Virus record (IMG/VR): IMGVR_UViG_3300005611_000142
Location: 1 to 30,457 of that record
Length of the DNA stretch: 30,457 nucleotides
Source of the DNA: a virus
Lineage: Duplodnaviria > Caudoviricetes
Strand: one strand, 5' to 3'
The number at the start of each line of letters is the position of its first letter. The first letter of the stretch is position 1. The notes under the pieces were generated by a model that saw only the letters and a program-made list of their open reading frames with translations, had not been told where the DNA came from and did no database searches. The position numbers and the translations under genes were made by a program. Below, in pieces: positions 18,957 to 26,489 of this stretch.

Positions 18957-19461
18957 AATCCACCGTTTCCGTATTGTTTGGGCAGGTTATCACGAATGTC
19001 TTGTTCGTTTCCCATGCCTTTTTCCAATGCTCTCTCCATCTTGAATGCAAATTGTGCGCTCTTGAGGGCCTTGGTATGATTTCATCCTGGTGACTGCTTA
19101 CATTTTCGCTCCATAGTGCGTCACAGCCATATAACCATATGACATCATAATCCTGTGCAAAATGATATGCGGCAGTTGCCGCTGAATTCATTAATTTTTC
19201 CTTAAACAACGGTTGTATCTCCGTCCTTAAATTATAATTCTTTACCTGTCTTGCGGTATCTTCGGTGGTTAGTATGGGCCTTTCGAAGACCCTGTCATTA
19301 TCCTTGATGTATTTAAATGCCTTTACATCAACCATTGATATGTAATCATAGGGAACATCAATCTGTGGAATGTTGCACAAGCAGACATCACCACGGAATG
19401 GCGTGTATAGGCTTCTTGATGGACCGTTGCCCACTATGGCTATTTGTTTTTGAACAGCCAT
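18919..19461 (-). CDS. Glycosyltransferase-like protein (Maf/DUF115/CstII-type fold)
   Basis: IAIVGNGPSR, CLCN, NSAATA and IWLYGCD match the GNGPS...S/G...lyGfD signature of this fold. Confidence 0.65.
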   Translation of the reverse strand: MAVQKQIAIVGNGPSRSLYTPFRGDVCLCNIPQIDVPYDYISMVDVKAFKYIKDNDRVFERPILTTEDTARQVKNYNLRTEIQPLFKEKLMNSAATAAYHFAQDYDVIWLYGCDALWSENVSSHQDEIIPRPSRAHNLHSRWREHWKKAWETNKTFVITCPNNTETVDYGKNVKWNKSKI

Positions 19462-19622
19462 AAATCTCTATACTCCAAACTATGGCCCATGAATAGTAGA
19501 GGGACGTATAGCATTGCCCACCATCCTGATATGTGTCCAAGGATGTGTGCAATTAATAATATGCTTCCAACAAGAGTTGTTGTGGGCATTAGGTAACGGT
19601 CGTTGCGATCTGGAAGTTTCAT
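19440..19622 (-). CDS. Small membrane protein
   Basis: RBS AAGGAG; two hydrophobic stretches in 60 aa. Confidence 0.6.
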   Translation of the reverse strand: MKLPDRNDRYLMPTTTLVGSILLIAHILGHISGWWAMLYVPLLFMGHSLEYRDLWLFKNK

Positions 19623-19664
19623 ACATATCTCCTTATTTCAAATCTTTGTTTTAGACTTTTTGGT

Positions 19665-19886
19665 TTAGGTCCTCTTTTCGTTTGCAATTTCATTTATTAC
19701 TCCTTCCAATAATTTTATTTTTTCCTGCATTTGTTTTATCTGTGCTGATAGTTCATTCACTGCCTTGATTATCTGTTTCTCATTGGCCATTATGTTTGCA
19801 ATGTGCGTGTCAGCAGTCACGGCAAAGTTTTTAAGTTCTACCAAATCCGCATAGGGATCCCAGTCTGGTGATGGTTGGAATTTCAT
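19665..19886 (-). CDS. Hypothetical coiled-coil protein
   Basis: RBS GAGGA; ATGA overlap with the upstream gene; heptad pattern. Confidence 0.6.
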   Translation of the reverse strand: MKFQPSPDWDPYADLVELKNFAVTADTHIANIMANEKQIIKAVNELSAQIKQMQEKIKLLEGVINEIANEKRT

Positions 19887-20341
19887 ATCGTCCTCTTCTT
19901 ATACTTAACGGCACTGGGTGTCAGTGTTGCCGCATCCTGGGGATGCCAACCCAATCTTAATCTTGAATAGTAGGTTGGTGATGGTATGCCATTTGATTTT
20001 GCCACATCCAACATCTTGTAATCACCACGATATCTTGCACGGGTGTTGCGCCTATTCACGGCAGGATCAACCCAACGGCAGTTGCCTGGTTCATAATTGC
20101 CCAATGGATTTACTCTGTCTATTTCTCTGTAATCCTCGCAGGGCCCCATGTCATCAAGGAACCGTAGGAATGCATCTTCTGATCCATTGTCTATGTTCCA
20201 ATCATCACACACTTCAACATCAAGATAATCTCCATTCTGTCCTACCTTGCATCTCTTATTCATGCGATACCAAATGCGCCAGGTTCTTGGATACTCCTTT
20301 CTCGTTTCAGTGTATAGGGGATCAAATTTCTTTTTCTTCAT
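19883..20341 (-). CDS. HNH-family endonuclease
   Basis: W..M.KRC, VEVCDDW, FLDDMG and IDRVNPLGNYEPGNCRW, plus a C-terminal DNA-binding-like segment (YYSRLRLGW). Confidence 0.8.
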   Translation of the reverse strand: MKKKKFDPLYTETRKEYPRTWRIWYRMNKRCKVGQNGDYLDVEVCDDWNIDNGSEDAFLRFLDDMGPCEDYREIDRVNPLGNYEPGNCRWVDPAVNRRNTRARYRGDYKMLDVAKSNGIPSPTYYSRLRLGWHPQDAATLTPSAVKYKKRTI

Positions 20342-20696
20342 TCTTGTTTCTCACGTCATGTTTATCATCCCATGGCACATTTGGCCATCCCTGTAATTCA
20401 ACATAACCTCTCTTCTTAAAATGCTGTCGCCTTGTTATGATTATGCAGTTGTGTGGTCCCCAGGCTTCTATTGGATCCTTTCGTGTCATGCAATAGTTGT
20501 GTGGTTGGCTACCAAGATGTTCCGCGTATCCTGATGTCATCCACATGTCATACCAAGTGTCCTGATCAAATGCCCATTCCTCACGCCTAAATTTTGCCTG
20601 TGCTCGTGCCTTTGAATATCTCTTTGCCCATTCCTTTGGTATGTGATATATTCTTGGCCTACCATTTCCAAATTTATTTCCCTTTTGAAATGTCAT
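20322..20696 (-). CDS. His-Me finger / HNH-like protein, paralog of 25510..25842
   Basis: RAQAKFR..W, YCMTRKD...WGPHNC. Confidence 0.55.
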   Translation of the reverse strand: MTFQKGNKFGNGRPRIYHIPKEWAKRYSKARAQAKFRREEWAFDQDTWYDMWMTSGYAEHLGSQPHNYCMTRKDPIEAWGPHNCIIITRRQHFKKRGYVELQGWPNVPWDDKHDVRNKNEEKEI

Positions 20697-21291
20697 CCTT
20701 CTTTCTCCATATCCAGTCCTTGCCGGATTTTATTTTTAATTCATAACCCCAATCTTTTAATAGTTTTTCCGCTGGCTTGTTTCCGTTAACCAATTCACAA
20801 CATAGGATTGGTTGGTGCTGTTTTATGATATTTTCCGCACCCAACAATATCGCATGCTCATGTCCCTGGACGTCAATCTTTATTCCTGATATCCTTCCCT
20901 CATGTTGTAGCGAATCAAGCGTCACGCTGGGCATTCTTATTGGAGTCCGTCCATGCTGGGCTCCAAGATCAATTCCATTATCTCCTGAATTATCCTGCCT
21001 GATCCAAATGGTCTTTTCTCCAATGTCCTTGCTCAATAGCATGCGCCTAACGATTATGTTTTTCATTCCGCTCTGCGCAACATTGTATTCAAGTGTATTT
21101 CCATGTATGGGTTCATAACTATACACTCTCTCAAACTTGTGTGCGAGAGGAATGCTCCAACTGCCAGCATGCGCACCAATATCAATTATGGTTTCACCCT
21201 TACCAATCGCATTGATGAATTCATTCCTATTCTTCTGCTGATAGGTTAAAAAATCCTTGAAATGGATATCATGTTCGGGCCATCTATACAT
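20674..21291 (-). CDS. FkbM-family SAM methyltransferase
   Basis: IIDIGAHAG, VYSYEP, TLDS and IKIDVQGHE..ILLGA motifs; start moved to ATG 21291 after GGAGGA. Confidence 0.88.
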   Translation of the reverse strand: MYRWPEHDIHFKDFLTYQQKNRNEFINAIGKGETIIDIGAHAGSWSIPLAHKFERVYSYEPIHGNTLEYNVAQSGMKNIIVRRMLLSKDIGEKTIWIRQDNSGDNGIDLGAQHGRTPIRMPSVTLDSLQHEGRISGIKIDVQGHEHAILLGAENIIKQHQPILCCELVNGNKPAEKLLKDWGYELKIKSGKDWIWRKKDDISKGK

Positions 21292-22147
21292 GCCAAGTTC
21301 CTCCAAATATTTCAGATTTGTGCCTGCAATTTCCAAGCAGTGTTTCAACCCAATTTATGGTATCAATTAGGGTTGGTTTTCTCGTGTGTCCATCTGCGAA
21401 CTCCTGCCATGGTGTTGCAAGATTGCCCGCTGGATGTGGTCCTGTCACTATTGCGGGATATCCAGCCATTATGGTTTCCATGGCTGCCACCGAATGCTGG
21501 CTAACGGTGCCAAAGTATTTGCCCGTGTTCAATTGATCCGTGAGTTCATTGCCCTGCTTTCTAAACTTGCGTCCACGCTTGATGCGTATTTCAACTTCAT
21601 AGCCAAGCCGCCTCAATTCCTTGCTGTATTGTTCTATCCATCGTGCCTGATTGGTGCCATAATAGTGTTCATAGTTTGCGGGCGAACTTGGAACCAACAG
21701 CATGGTTTTGGATGGGGTGAATGAGACCGGTTTCACTGGTGCTATGTCATGCCAAGCAGTGACACGCCCATTGCTATAATGCTTGAGTAGATCATTTATT
21801 CTGCTCGCACCATTTTCGGTCTTTTTTGTTGTGAGTATTTCTCCTGGCACCCAGCGTATCCAATCCTTGCTTCCCATGGGGTTTGCTGGATTGGGCCACA
21901 GCAGTTGTGGTATTTCGGGATTGTCCCAAAAGTGCCAATTTTGATGACTTAGATTGTTTGGATGCTGGAATGGTCTATGTCCCCATTCATTACCAAACTT
22001 TAGCAGATGGCGTTGTGGATCCTCCGAGCCTATGTCATGGCAAACTTCATAATTGTCCAGGTGTATGCGCCAATCCTTGGCAGTGTCCCTGCGGCGATAC
22101 CACCCCCAATGCAGTCCATGATTTGATTTCTTGGTCCATTCACTCAT
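21284..22147 (-). CDS. GT-B-like glycosyltransferase / capsular polysaccharide (KpsC/KpsS-like) protein
   Basis: LLVPSS, EIRIK and HSVAAMETIMAGYPAIV resemble the GT-B C-terminal S..a.Ea...G.Pvi motif; start ATG 22147 after GGAGG. Confidence 0.6.
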   Translation of the reverse strand: MSEWTKKSNHGLHWGWYRRRDTAKDWRIHLDNYEVCHDIGSEDPQRHLLKFGNEWGHRPFQHPNNLSHQNWHFWDNPEIPQLLWPNPANPMGSKDWIRWVPGEILTTKKTENGASRINDLLKHYSNGRVTAWHDIAPVKPVSFTPSKTMLLVPSSPANYEHYYGTNQARWIEQYSKELRRLGYEVEIRIKRGRKFRKQGNELTDQLNTGKYFGTVSQHSVAAMETIMAGYPAIVTGPHPAGNLATPWQEFADGHTRKPTLIDTINWVETLLGNCRHKSEIFGGTWHV

Positions 22148-22473
22148 TGTAAATTTCCTCCCCGTGCTACCCATTCACGATATTCGCGCAGGGGTTCCTG
22201 TCTTTCTTCATCCCAATCCTTCAACTTGCTTTCATCCCAATGCTTGCCCAATAGAATCCTAAGTTGATTCCTGTTCAATTCCCAAATGCTACCATACTTT
22301 TGCAGTGTTGCCTGCTGTGCCGTGGTTTTACCATAACCATTTTCCGTCATCCTACGCATGATGAGATAGTCACCCTCCCAATCAGCAATATACCAATCCC
22401 GTGCCAACTGCTGTTCATACCACGCATTATCCACGTATTCACTTTGATGTATTCTTTTTTCAGTTTTGGACAT
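22144..22473 (-). CDS. Hypothetical protein (probably leaderless)
   Basis: MSKTEKRIH...; ATG is 5 nt after TATAAATA; the track's N-terminal extension runs through promoter DNA. Confidence 0.6.
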   Translation of the reverse strand: MSKTEKRIHQSEYVDNAWYEQQLARDWYIADWEGDYLIMRRMTENGYGKTTAQQATLQKYGSIWELNRNQLRILLGKHWDESKLKDWDEERQEPLREYREWVARGGNLQ

Positions 22474-22478
22474 ATTTT

Positions 22479-22500
22479 TATTTATACAAATATATAAATA
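22479..22500. promoter_or_regulatory. Back-to-back TATAAATA boxes (minus 22479-22486, plus 22493-22500)
   Basis: TATTTATA-caaata-TATAAATA: two exact T4 late consensus boxes in divergent orientation. Confidence 0.62.
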
Positions 22501-22503
22501 ACA

Positions 22504-22532
22504 TTGACAAAATAGACAATTTAGTCTATAAT
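22504..22532 (+). promoter_or_regulatory. Consensus sigma70 promoter TTGACA-17-TATAAT
   Basis: Perfect -35/-10 with 17 bp spacer upstream of ORF 22592; inverted repeat TAGAC-N6-GTCTA spans the spacer and the start of the -10. Confidence 0.88.
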
Positions 22533-22591
22533 GTAAACATACACTAAGAAAACAGGTGTAGTAATGAAACAGTAATGTAAAGGAGAACATA

Positions 22592-22882
22592 ATGCAGGGC
22601 ATAATAATACACACGCAGGAATGCGATTCACTCTATGGTGGCAAGTGCTACCGCAACACCGTGAAATGCACGGATGGCAAGACGAGGACACTTTGGGTTG
22701 ATCCCCGAATGGACAACTATAGGCATTGGGCCGAAATCATGCAGATAGCCTGCTCAAGCAAGTATAGGAGCAAGGGCATAGCATTGGATGGATTGGCACC
22801 ACTCAAGAAGAATGATAAAAATCTAAACGCGGACTATCCGCCCACCTTCGTTGACTTGGTTGACAAGGAGGAGATAGTATGA
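22592..22882 (+). CDS. Hypothetical early protein
   Basis: RBS AAAGGAG; first gene after the consensus sigma70 promoter. Confidence 0.75.
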   Translation: MQGIIIHTQECDSLYGGKCYRNTVKCTDGKTRTLWVDPRMDNYRHWAEIMQIACSSKYRSKGIALDGLAPLKKNDKNLNADYPPTFVDLVDKEEIV

Positions 22883-23085
22883 AAACGGTGGCAATCCTAC
22901 TGTTCTTTCTGTTCGCCAAGGGTGCATGGGCGGACACTCCCATTGTTATCGTAACGGATGAAAAAATGCAGTTGCCCAAGACCGTGATCACCACGGAGGG
23001 CACATACCTCATAATACCCGATTACACAACGGGCAAGCCCATGGCAGTGATCCAAACCAGCAAGAGCAAGAAGAGCAAGGACTAA
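22879..23085 (+). CDS. Small exported/membrane protein
   Basis: RBS AGGAGG; signal-peptide-like MKTVAILLFFLFAKGAWA. Confidence 0.7.
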   Translation: MKTVAILLFFLFAKGAWADTPIVIVTDEKMQLPKTVITTEGTYLIIPDYTTGKPMAVIQTSKSKKSKD

Positions 23086-23277
23086 GAGAATTTGCTCCGC
23101 CCGTGCAAATAATGGGGAGAATCAGAACTTCCCACTCCTTAAACTGGGCTATCCTGGACATGATACCAAACTGTCCCCTTTTCGTTGCACCCGAGCATGT
23201 GGCTAAACTGCTCATTTTATGAGCAACGCGAATTTGCGCCAGCAACACGGTAAGAGGTATTTTGGCGAGATTTGGGG

Positions 23278-23305
23278 TTGCACTATCCCACAGTGAGTGT
23301 ATTAT
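23278..23305 (+). promoter_or_regulatory. Possible sigma70 promoter TTGCAC-16-TATTAT giving a leaderless mRNA
   Basis: The -10 ends 6 nt before ATG 23312; no SD sequence. Confidence 0.45.
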
Positions 23306-23311
23306 AGTAAT

Positions 23312-23596
23312 ATGAATAACACACAAGCACGTGACATCCTTAGACAGCGCCAAAGCACAGATTTAGAACTGGGCACGTGGAGTGAAAGAAAGCAGTTTGA
23401 TACAGCCCTTGCTGAACTGTATAAGGAACGCAATTGGTGGATATTCACAATGGGCGAGGCTTGGTTCAACAGACAGGCTGAACGCTATCACCAAAAATGG
23501 ATTGAGAGTGGTGGATTTTGGGCTGACAATGATTACACCATAGATAGAATATGTTGGGAAACTGATCCTGAGAATCCACACGCACCAAATCTTTGA
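23312..23596 (+). CDS. Hypothetical early protein
   Basis: MNNTQARDILRQ..., Trp-rich 94 aa; start reassigned to the ATG. Confidence 0.62.
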   Translation: MNNTQARDILRQRQSTDLELGTWSERKQFDTALAELYKERNWWIFTMGEAWFNRQAERYHQKWIESGGFWADNDYTIDRICWETDPENPHAPNL

Positions 23597-23700
23597 GATG
23601 GATTTTTCCGCAACCTGTGGTTACCCTGGTTTAGCGAGATGAATGGCGTAAGCCTTGCCCCCCCACCACTCTGTCACACAGTGGGACGCCCCTCACCCAC

Positions 23701-23729
23701 AGTATAACACACTCTGACCCCAAGGTCAA
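23701..23729 (-). promoter_or_regulatory. Sigma70 promoter TTGACC-17-(TGn)TATACT, leftward
   Basis: -35 at 23724-23729, -10 at 23701-23706, extended -10; mirror image of the rightward promoter. Confidence 0.72.
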
Positions 23730-23763
23730 GAAAAATATCCCCACAGTTTGGAAAAATTCCCTC

Positions 23764-23792
23764 TTGACCACCGTGCGAAACTGTGCTATACT
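23764..23792 (+). promoter_or_regulatory. Sigma70 promoter TTGACC-17-(TGn)TATACT, rightward
   Basis: -35 at 23764-23769, -10 at 23787-23792, extended -10; no convincing ORF downstream. Confidence 0.75.
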
Positions 23793-23839
23793 GTAGATAT
23801 AGTTAGGGAGCGACCCCTCACGGCCAATCACAGTCCAAA

Positions 23840-23956
23840 ACGGTGGCAGCCAGGGTGGAATCACGGTATCTCCACGGTGGTTTCATGGTGGTTTCACGGT
23901 GGAAATCAATCAGAAAGTTGTGGGGGAACCGTGGCGACAGGGTGGATAAACGGTGA
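23840..23956 (+). repeat. Iteron-like ACGGTGG-type repeats including an 11-nt tandem (23873-23905)
   Basis: CACGGTGGTTT CATGGTGGTTT CACGGTGGAAA plus about five degenerate copies. Confidence 0.7.
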
Positions 23957-24065
23957 TTATCAGAATATTTCAGGGGTTTAGAGACATTTTGGAGAGGGGG
24001 GTGCTAAACATAAATCCCTCTACACAAATTTCGAGCATGTTCTCTACGCAAGGATCACCCTCTGC

Positions 24066-24102
24066 CATTCTGCCCAATACCCCCTCGTATTGCTACAGAA
24101 TG
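24066..24102. terminator. Long hairpin at the junction of convergent transcription units
   Basis: CATTCTG-CC-CAATAC-(CCCCTC)-GTATTG-CTA-CAGAATG immediately after the stop of 24104..24844; no U-tract. Confidence 0.45.
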
Positions 24103-24103
24103 C

Positions 24104-24844
24104 CTACGGTTTCTCGTGATTTTGTTGTTCTTTTGAATGGCCCCGTTGCTTGCGCTTGCCCTTCATGTGATCCAGTGTATCTCCATATAGATAGGCAAGT
24201 ATGTGGCTTCCTGGCACCTTATGGTCTATGTGCGCTGCGAGGTTATGAAAACGGTTGCCCTTGGCTTCATACTGCATTCTAACTTGATCAAACACGAAAC
24301 TGTCATGCCATTCCCTTAGCAAATAGATCATGTCCGTGTCATATAGTTTTCTAACACTTGCTATGTAACTGTGTGTGCTTGGGTGTTCAAGATTAAACAG
24401 CAGCAGTCCACATTCACTGTGAAGGTTGTGCCTTCCCGCGTAACTCATTAGGCAGTCTCCTTTATAGAGATTATGTGTTATCCAGTCTTCGTCTATGTGT
24501 TTGTGGAAACGGGTATCTGCATCAATCCACAGTAGCCTATCATAGTCATCCAAAGCCCAGTCTTCAAGTGCCTGTGCTATTGAGTATACCTTGTAGCAGA
24601 AACGCACACTGTCATGCTTGTAACTGCTCACTGGTCTGTAACTGTTGCGCTCAACAAAGTCACAGTGTAGGTGTAGGTGCGTGGTCTTTATCGCCAGTGT
24701 TTCTTCTGAATATACCTTGAGATCCAGGAGATCATGTGGGAATGTGTGCCAAAAGCCCTGTGCATACTGTTCATATAACTCCCTGTTGAAGGAGGTGATT
24801 ACGAGCGTTTTGTGTATTCTTTTGATCTGCGTGTCCAAATGCAT
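24104..24844 (-). CDS. GT-A glycosyltransferase (DxD motif)
   Basis: VITSFN, VRFCYKVYSI, LLWIDADT, SECGLLLFNL, EWHDSFVFD and DHMKG.RK motifs of a phage GT family. Confidence 0.82.
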   Translation of the reverse strand: MHLDTQIKRIHKTLVITSFNRELYEQYAQGFWHTFPHDLLDLKVYSEETLAIKTTHLHLHCDFVERNSYRPVSSYKHDSVRFCYKVYSIAQALEDWALDDYDRLLWIDADTRFHKHIDEDWITHNLYKGDCLMSYAGRHNLHSECGLLLFNLEHPSTHSYIASVRKLYDTDMIYLLREWHDSFVFDQVRMQYEAKGNRFHNLAAHIDHKVPGSHILAYLYGDTLDHMKGKRKQRGHSKEQQNHEKP

Positions 24845-25407
24845 ACTCTGTCTCTCGTGTTGAAAAGGGGGTCTGGTTGGCTGTATGGAAACACTTCCTC
24901 GATCTCATGCTCCTGTGCTTCAAACACGGCTATCCATTCGTGCTTGTCCAACAGTGTTATGTGTGCGTTCCTGCCGTCCGGCAACTGCTTCTTGGCGGGG
25001 GTCATGTCTATTATGTGTAGGTTTGCGTCTGCCAGGCTCTGGGTGTGCGCAAGCACACGCTTGATGTCCTCCCGTTCAATGTGTTCCAGCACATCGCAGG
25101 AATATACCACATCATAGCGTTCCCGTAGCGGGGTGTCTCTGTATGGTTCATGTCCCGGGTCGTATAGATCTATCTCAATGGTGTGCTTGATCAGGCTTCG
25201 CAGCCATTCTGCAGTTCCACCCTTGCCACAGCCATAGTCCAGGAATGTTTGCCAACGCTTGGCCTTTTCGCTCTTGCGCAGTTTTGGGTTTGAGTATTGC
25301 GTTTGGTTCTGCATGATCTTGTCCAGCAACCAGGGATACTGCTTGCCCTTGCCAGATTCAGGAAATGTCCTGTGCCAATCAGTGTAGATTGTCTTGTTAG
25401 GAAGCAA
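24799..25407 (-). CDS. Class I SAM-dependent methyltransferase
   Basis: FLDYGCGKG, YDPG, YDVVYSCDVLEHI and LPDGRNAH; probable TTG start at 25407, 6 nt after GGAG. Confidence 0.85.
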   Translation of the reverse strand: MLPNKTIYTDWHRTFPESGKGKQYPWLLDKIMQNQTQYSNPKLRKSEKAKRWQTFLDYGCGKGGTAEWLRSLIKHTIEIDLYDPGHEPYRDTPLRERYDVVYSCDVLEHIEREDIKRVLAHTQSLADANLHIIDMTPAKKQLPDGRNAHITLLDKHEWIAVFEAQEHEIEEVFPYSQPDPLFNTRDRVCIWTRRSKEYTKRS

Positions 25408-25499
25408 GGGCCACTCCATTCGGAAAAAAAACAATGGCATTGTTTTGATTTGTAGTGATAACAGTCTTACCAGGAAAGATATCACGGAGTGCCCTTGCT
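25403..25499 (-). ncRNA. Structured 5' leader / small RNA (three-way junction)
   Basis: AGCAAGGGCACUCC pairs with GGAGU(G)GCCCUUGCU and encloses two hairpins; starts 7 nt after CTAAATA. Confidence 0.55.
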
Positions 25500-25505
25500 G
25501 TAATA

Positions 25506-25513
25506 GTATTTAG
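25506..25513 (-). promoter_or_regulatory. T4-late-like promoter box CTAAATAC
   Basis: Overlaps the upstream stop codon; directly precedes the structured leader. Confidence 0.58.
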
Positions 25514-25842
25514 CGTTTGCATTCTATTTCACGTGTTTTGTGGCTGATTCCGCAATATATTGATTGGAAGTGTGCCTTGCGAGATAGAAACTGCACGTTG
25601 TGTTTGGTCCATGGCAGGTTCTTGTTGATTCGTGTCATGCAGAGATCATCGCCCCGTCTGCCACGCTGTTTGTAACGATCATCCGTCATCCACAGTTCAA
25701 TGAATGTTTCCTCGTCTATGTCCCATACCTGACCACGATACTTTGCCTGTGCCCTATTTCTTTGGCATTCAAGCCATAACTTGTGCCTAATAGGACAGCG
25801 TCCTGATTTCCATAATTCCGGATATATTCCATTCTTTCTCAT
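25510..25842 (-). CDS. His-Me finger / HNH-like protein, paralog of 20322..20696
   Basis: RAQAKYRG..W, RGRRGDDLCMTRIN...PWTKHNV. Confidence 0.58.
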   Translation of the reverse strand: MRKNGIYPELWKSGRCPIRHKLWLECQRNRAQAKYRGQVWDIDEETFIELWMTDDRYKQRGRRGDDLCMTRINKNLPWTKHNVQFLSRKAHFQSIYCGISHKTREIECKR

Positions 25843-25846
25843 AACT

Positions 25847-25854
25847 TTATTTAG
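25847..25854 (-). promoter_or_regulatory. T4-late-like promoter box CTAAATAA
   Basis: TAAATA ends 5 nt before ATG 25842 (leaderless arrangement, no SD). Confidence 0.58.
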
Positions 25855-26297
25855 TCATCCTTGTAATCGCTTAATATCTTTCTGATACTGTCCGTGCTGT
25901 GCCTTGCAGTCAAATCACTAAATCGTAAATTTTCATTGCTTCCCTGCAGGCCCTTCCTGCCTTCATTGATCCTTGGCAACATAACAGTATCAGTGGATCC
26001 ATCCTCAAGATGAAAATCAATCTGCCAATCATTGTTGCCCTGTTCTTCAGGTATTGGAAAGAATAACTGTGCTCCAATTCCATCAACAAACTGTCCTTGG
26101 TATTTCACATACTTTGCCCTGCATTCACCCTGCATGACATCATCAAATGCAAATTGAAAGGGCTCAGGTATCTTATCAATCTTCGCATATAGATTTGCAT
26201 TGTCACTGTTAGGATCATAATACAGTTTCAATTTGTAGGTGTGTTTTAGGGGATCATTCCATTTTAGTTTCTCTTTGATTTCATATAATTTTGCCAT
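25851..26297 (-). CDS. Hypothetical protein under its own sigma70 promoter
   Basis: RBS AAAGGAG; 148 aa; no recognised motif. Confidence 0.75.
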   Translation of the reverse strand: MAKLYEIKEKLKWNDPLKHTYKLKLYYDPNSDNANLYAKIDKIPEPFQFAFDDVMQGECRAKYVKYQGQFVDGIGAQLFFPIPEEQGNNDWQIDFHLEDGSTDTVMLPRINEGRKGLQGSNENLRFSDLTARHSTDSIRKILSDYKDD

Positions 26298-26323
26298 TGC
26301 AATTCTCCTTTGTGTATTGTTAC

Positions 26324-26352
26324 ATTATACAATAAAACGGGTATAATCTCAA
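26324..26352 (-). promoter_or_regulatory. Sigma70 promoter TTGAGA-17-TATAAT
   Basis: -35 at 26347-26352, -10 at 26324-26329; downstream sequence resembles that of the 22504 promoter. Confidence 0.8.
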
Positions 26353-26489
26353 TGGATAATGTATCCAAACAGTAATAGGTGTCTAAAGACACCTGTTATC
26401 GCACAAAAATCTGTTTCGCTCCACTCAACAGATATTTTCTGCTTCTAACACAAATGTTCCTTTCCTAATACAGAGATAAACACCACTTG

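Noticed and set aside
12140-19315. TAAATA copies at 12140, 14625 and 19310
   Set aside because: Inside coding sequence and not close to a start (14625 is secondary to the exact box at 14544); treated as background and not counted.
356-22152. Numerous plus-strand ORFs in the track (e.g. 2723, 5026, 8439, 9736, 14735, 17313)
   Set aside because: Antisense shadows of well-supported minus-strand genes, with no RBS and implausible composition.
23840-23960. Mini-CRISPR array
   Set aside because: Repeats are only 7-11 nt, degenerate, and lack regular 25-40 nt spacers; no cas genes.
23631-24282. ORFs 23631..23864, 23748..23981 and 23953..24282
   Set aside because: They run through promoters and repeats or overlap the GT gene antisense; no RBS.
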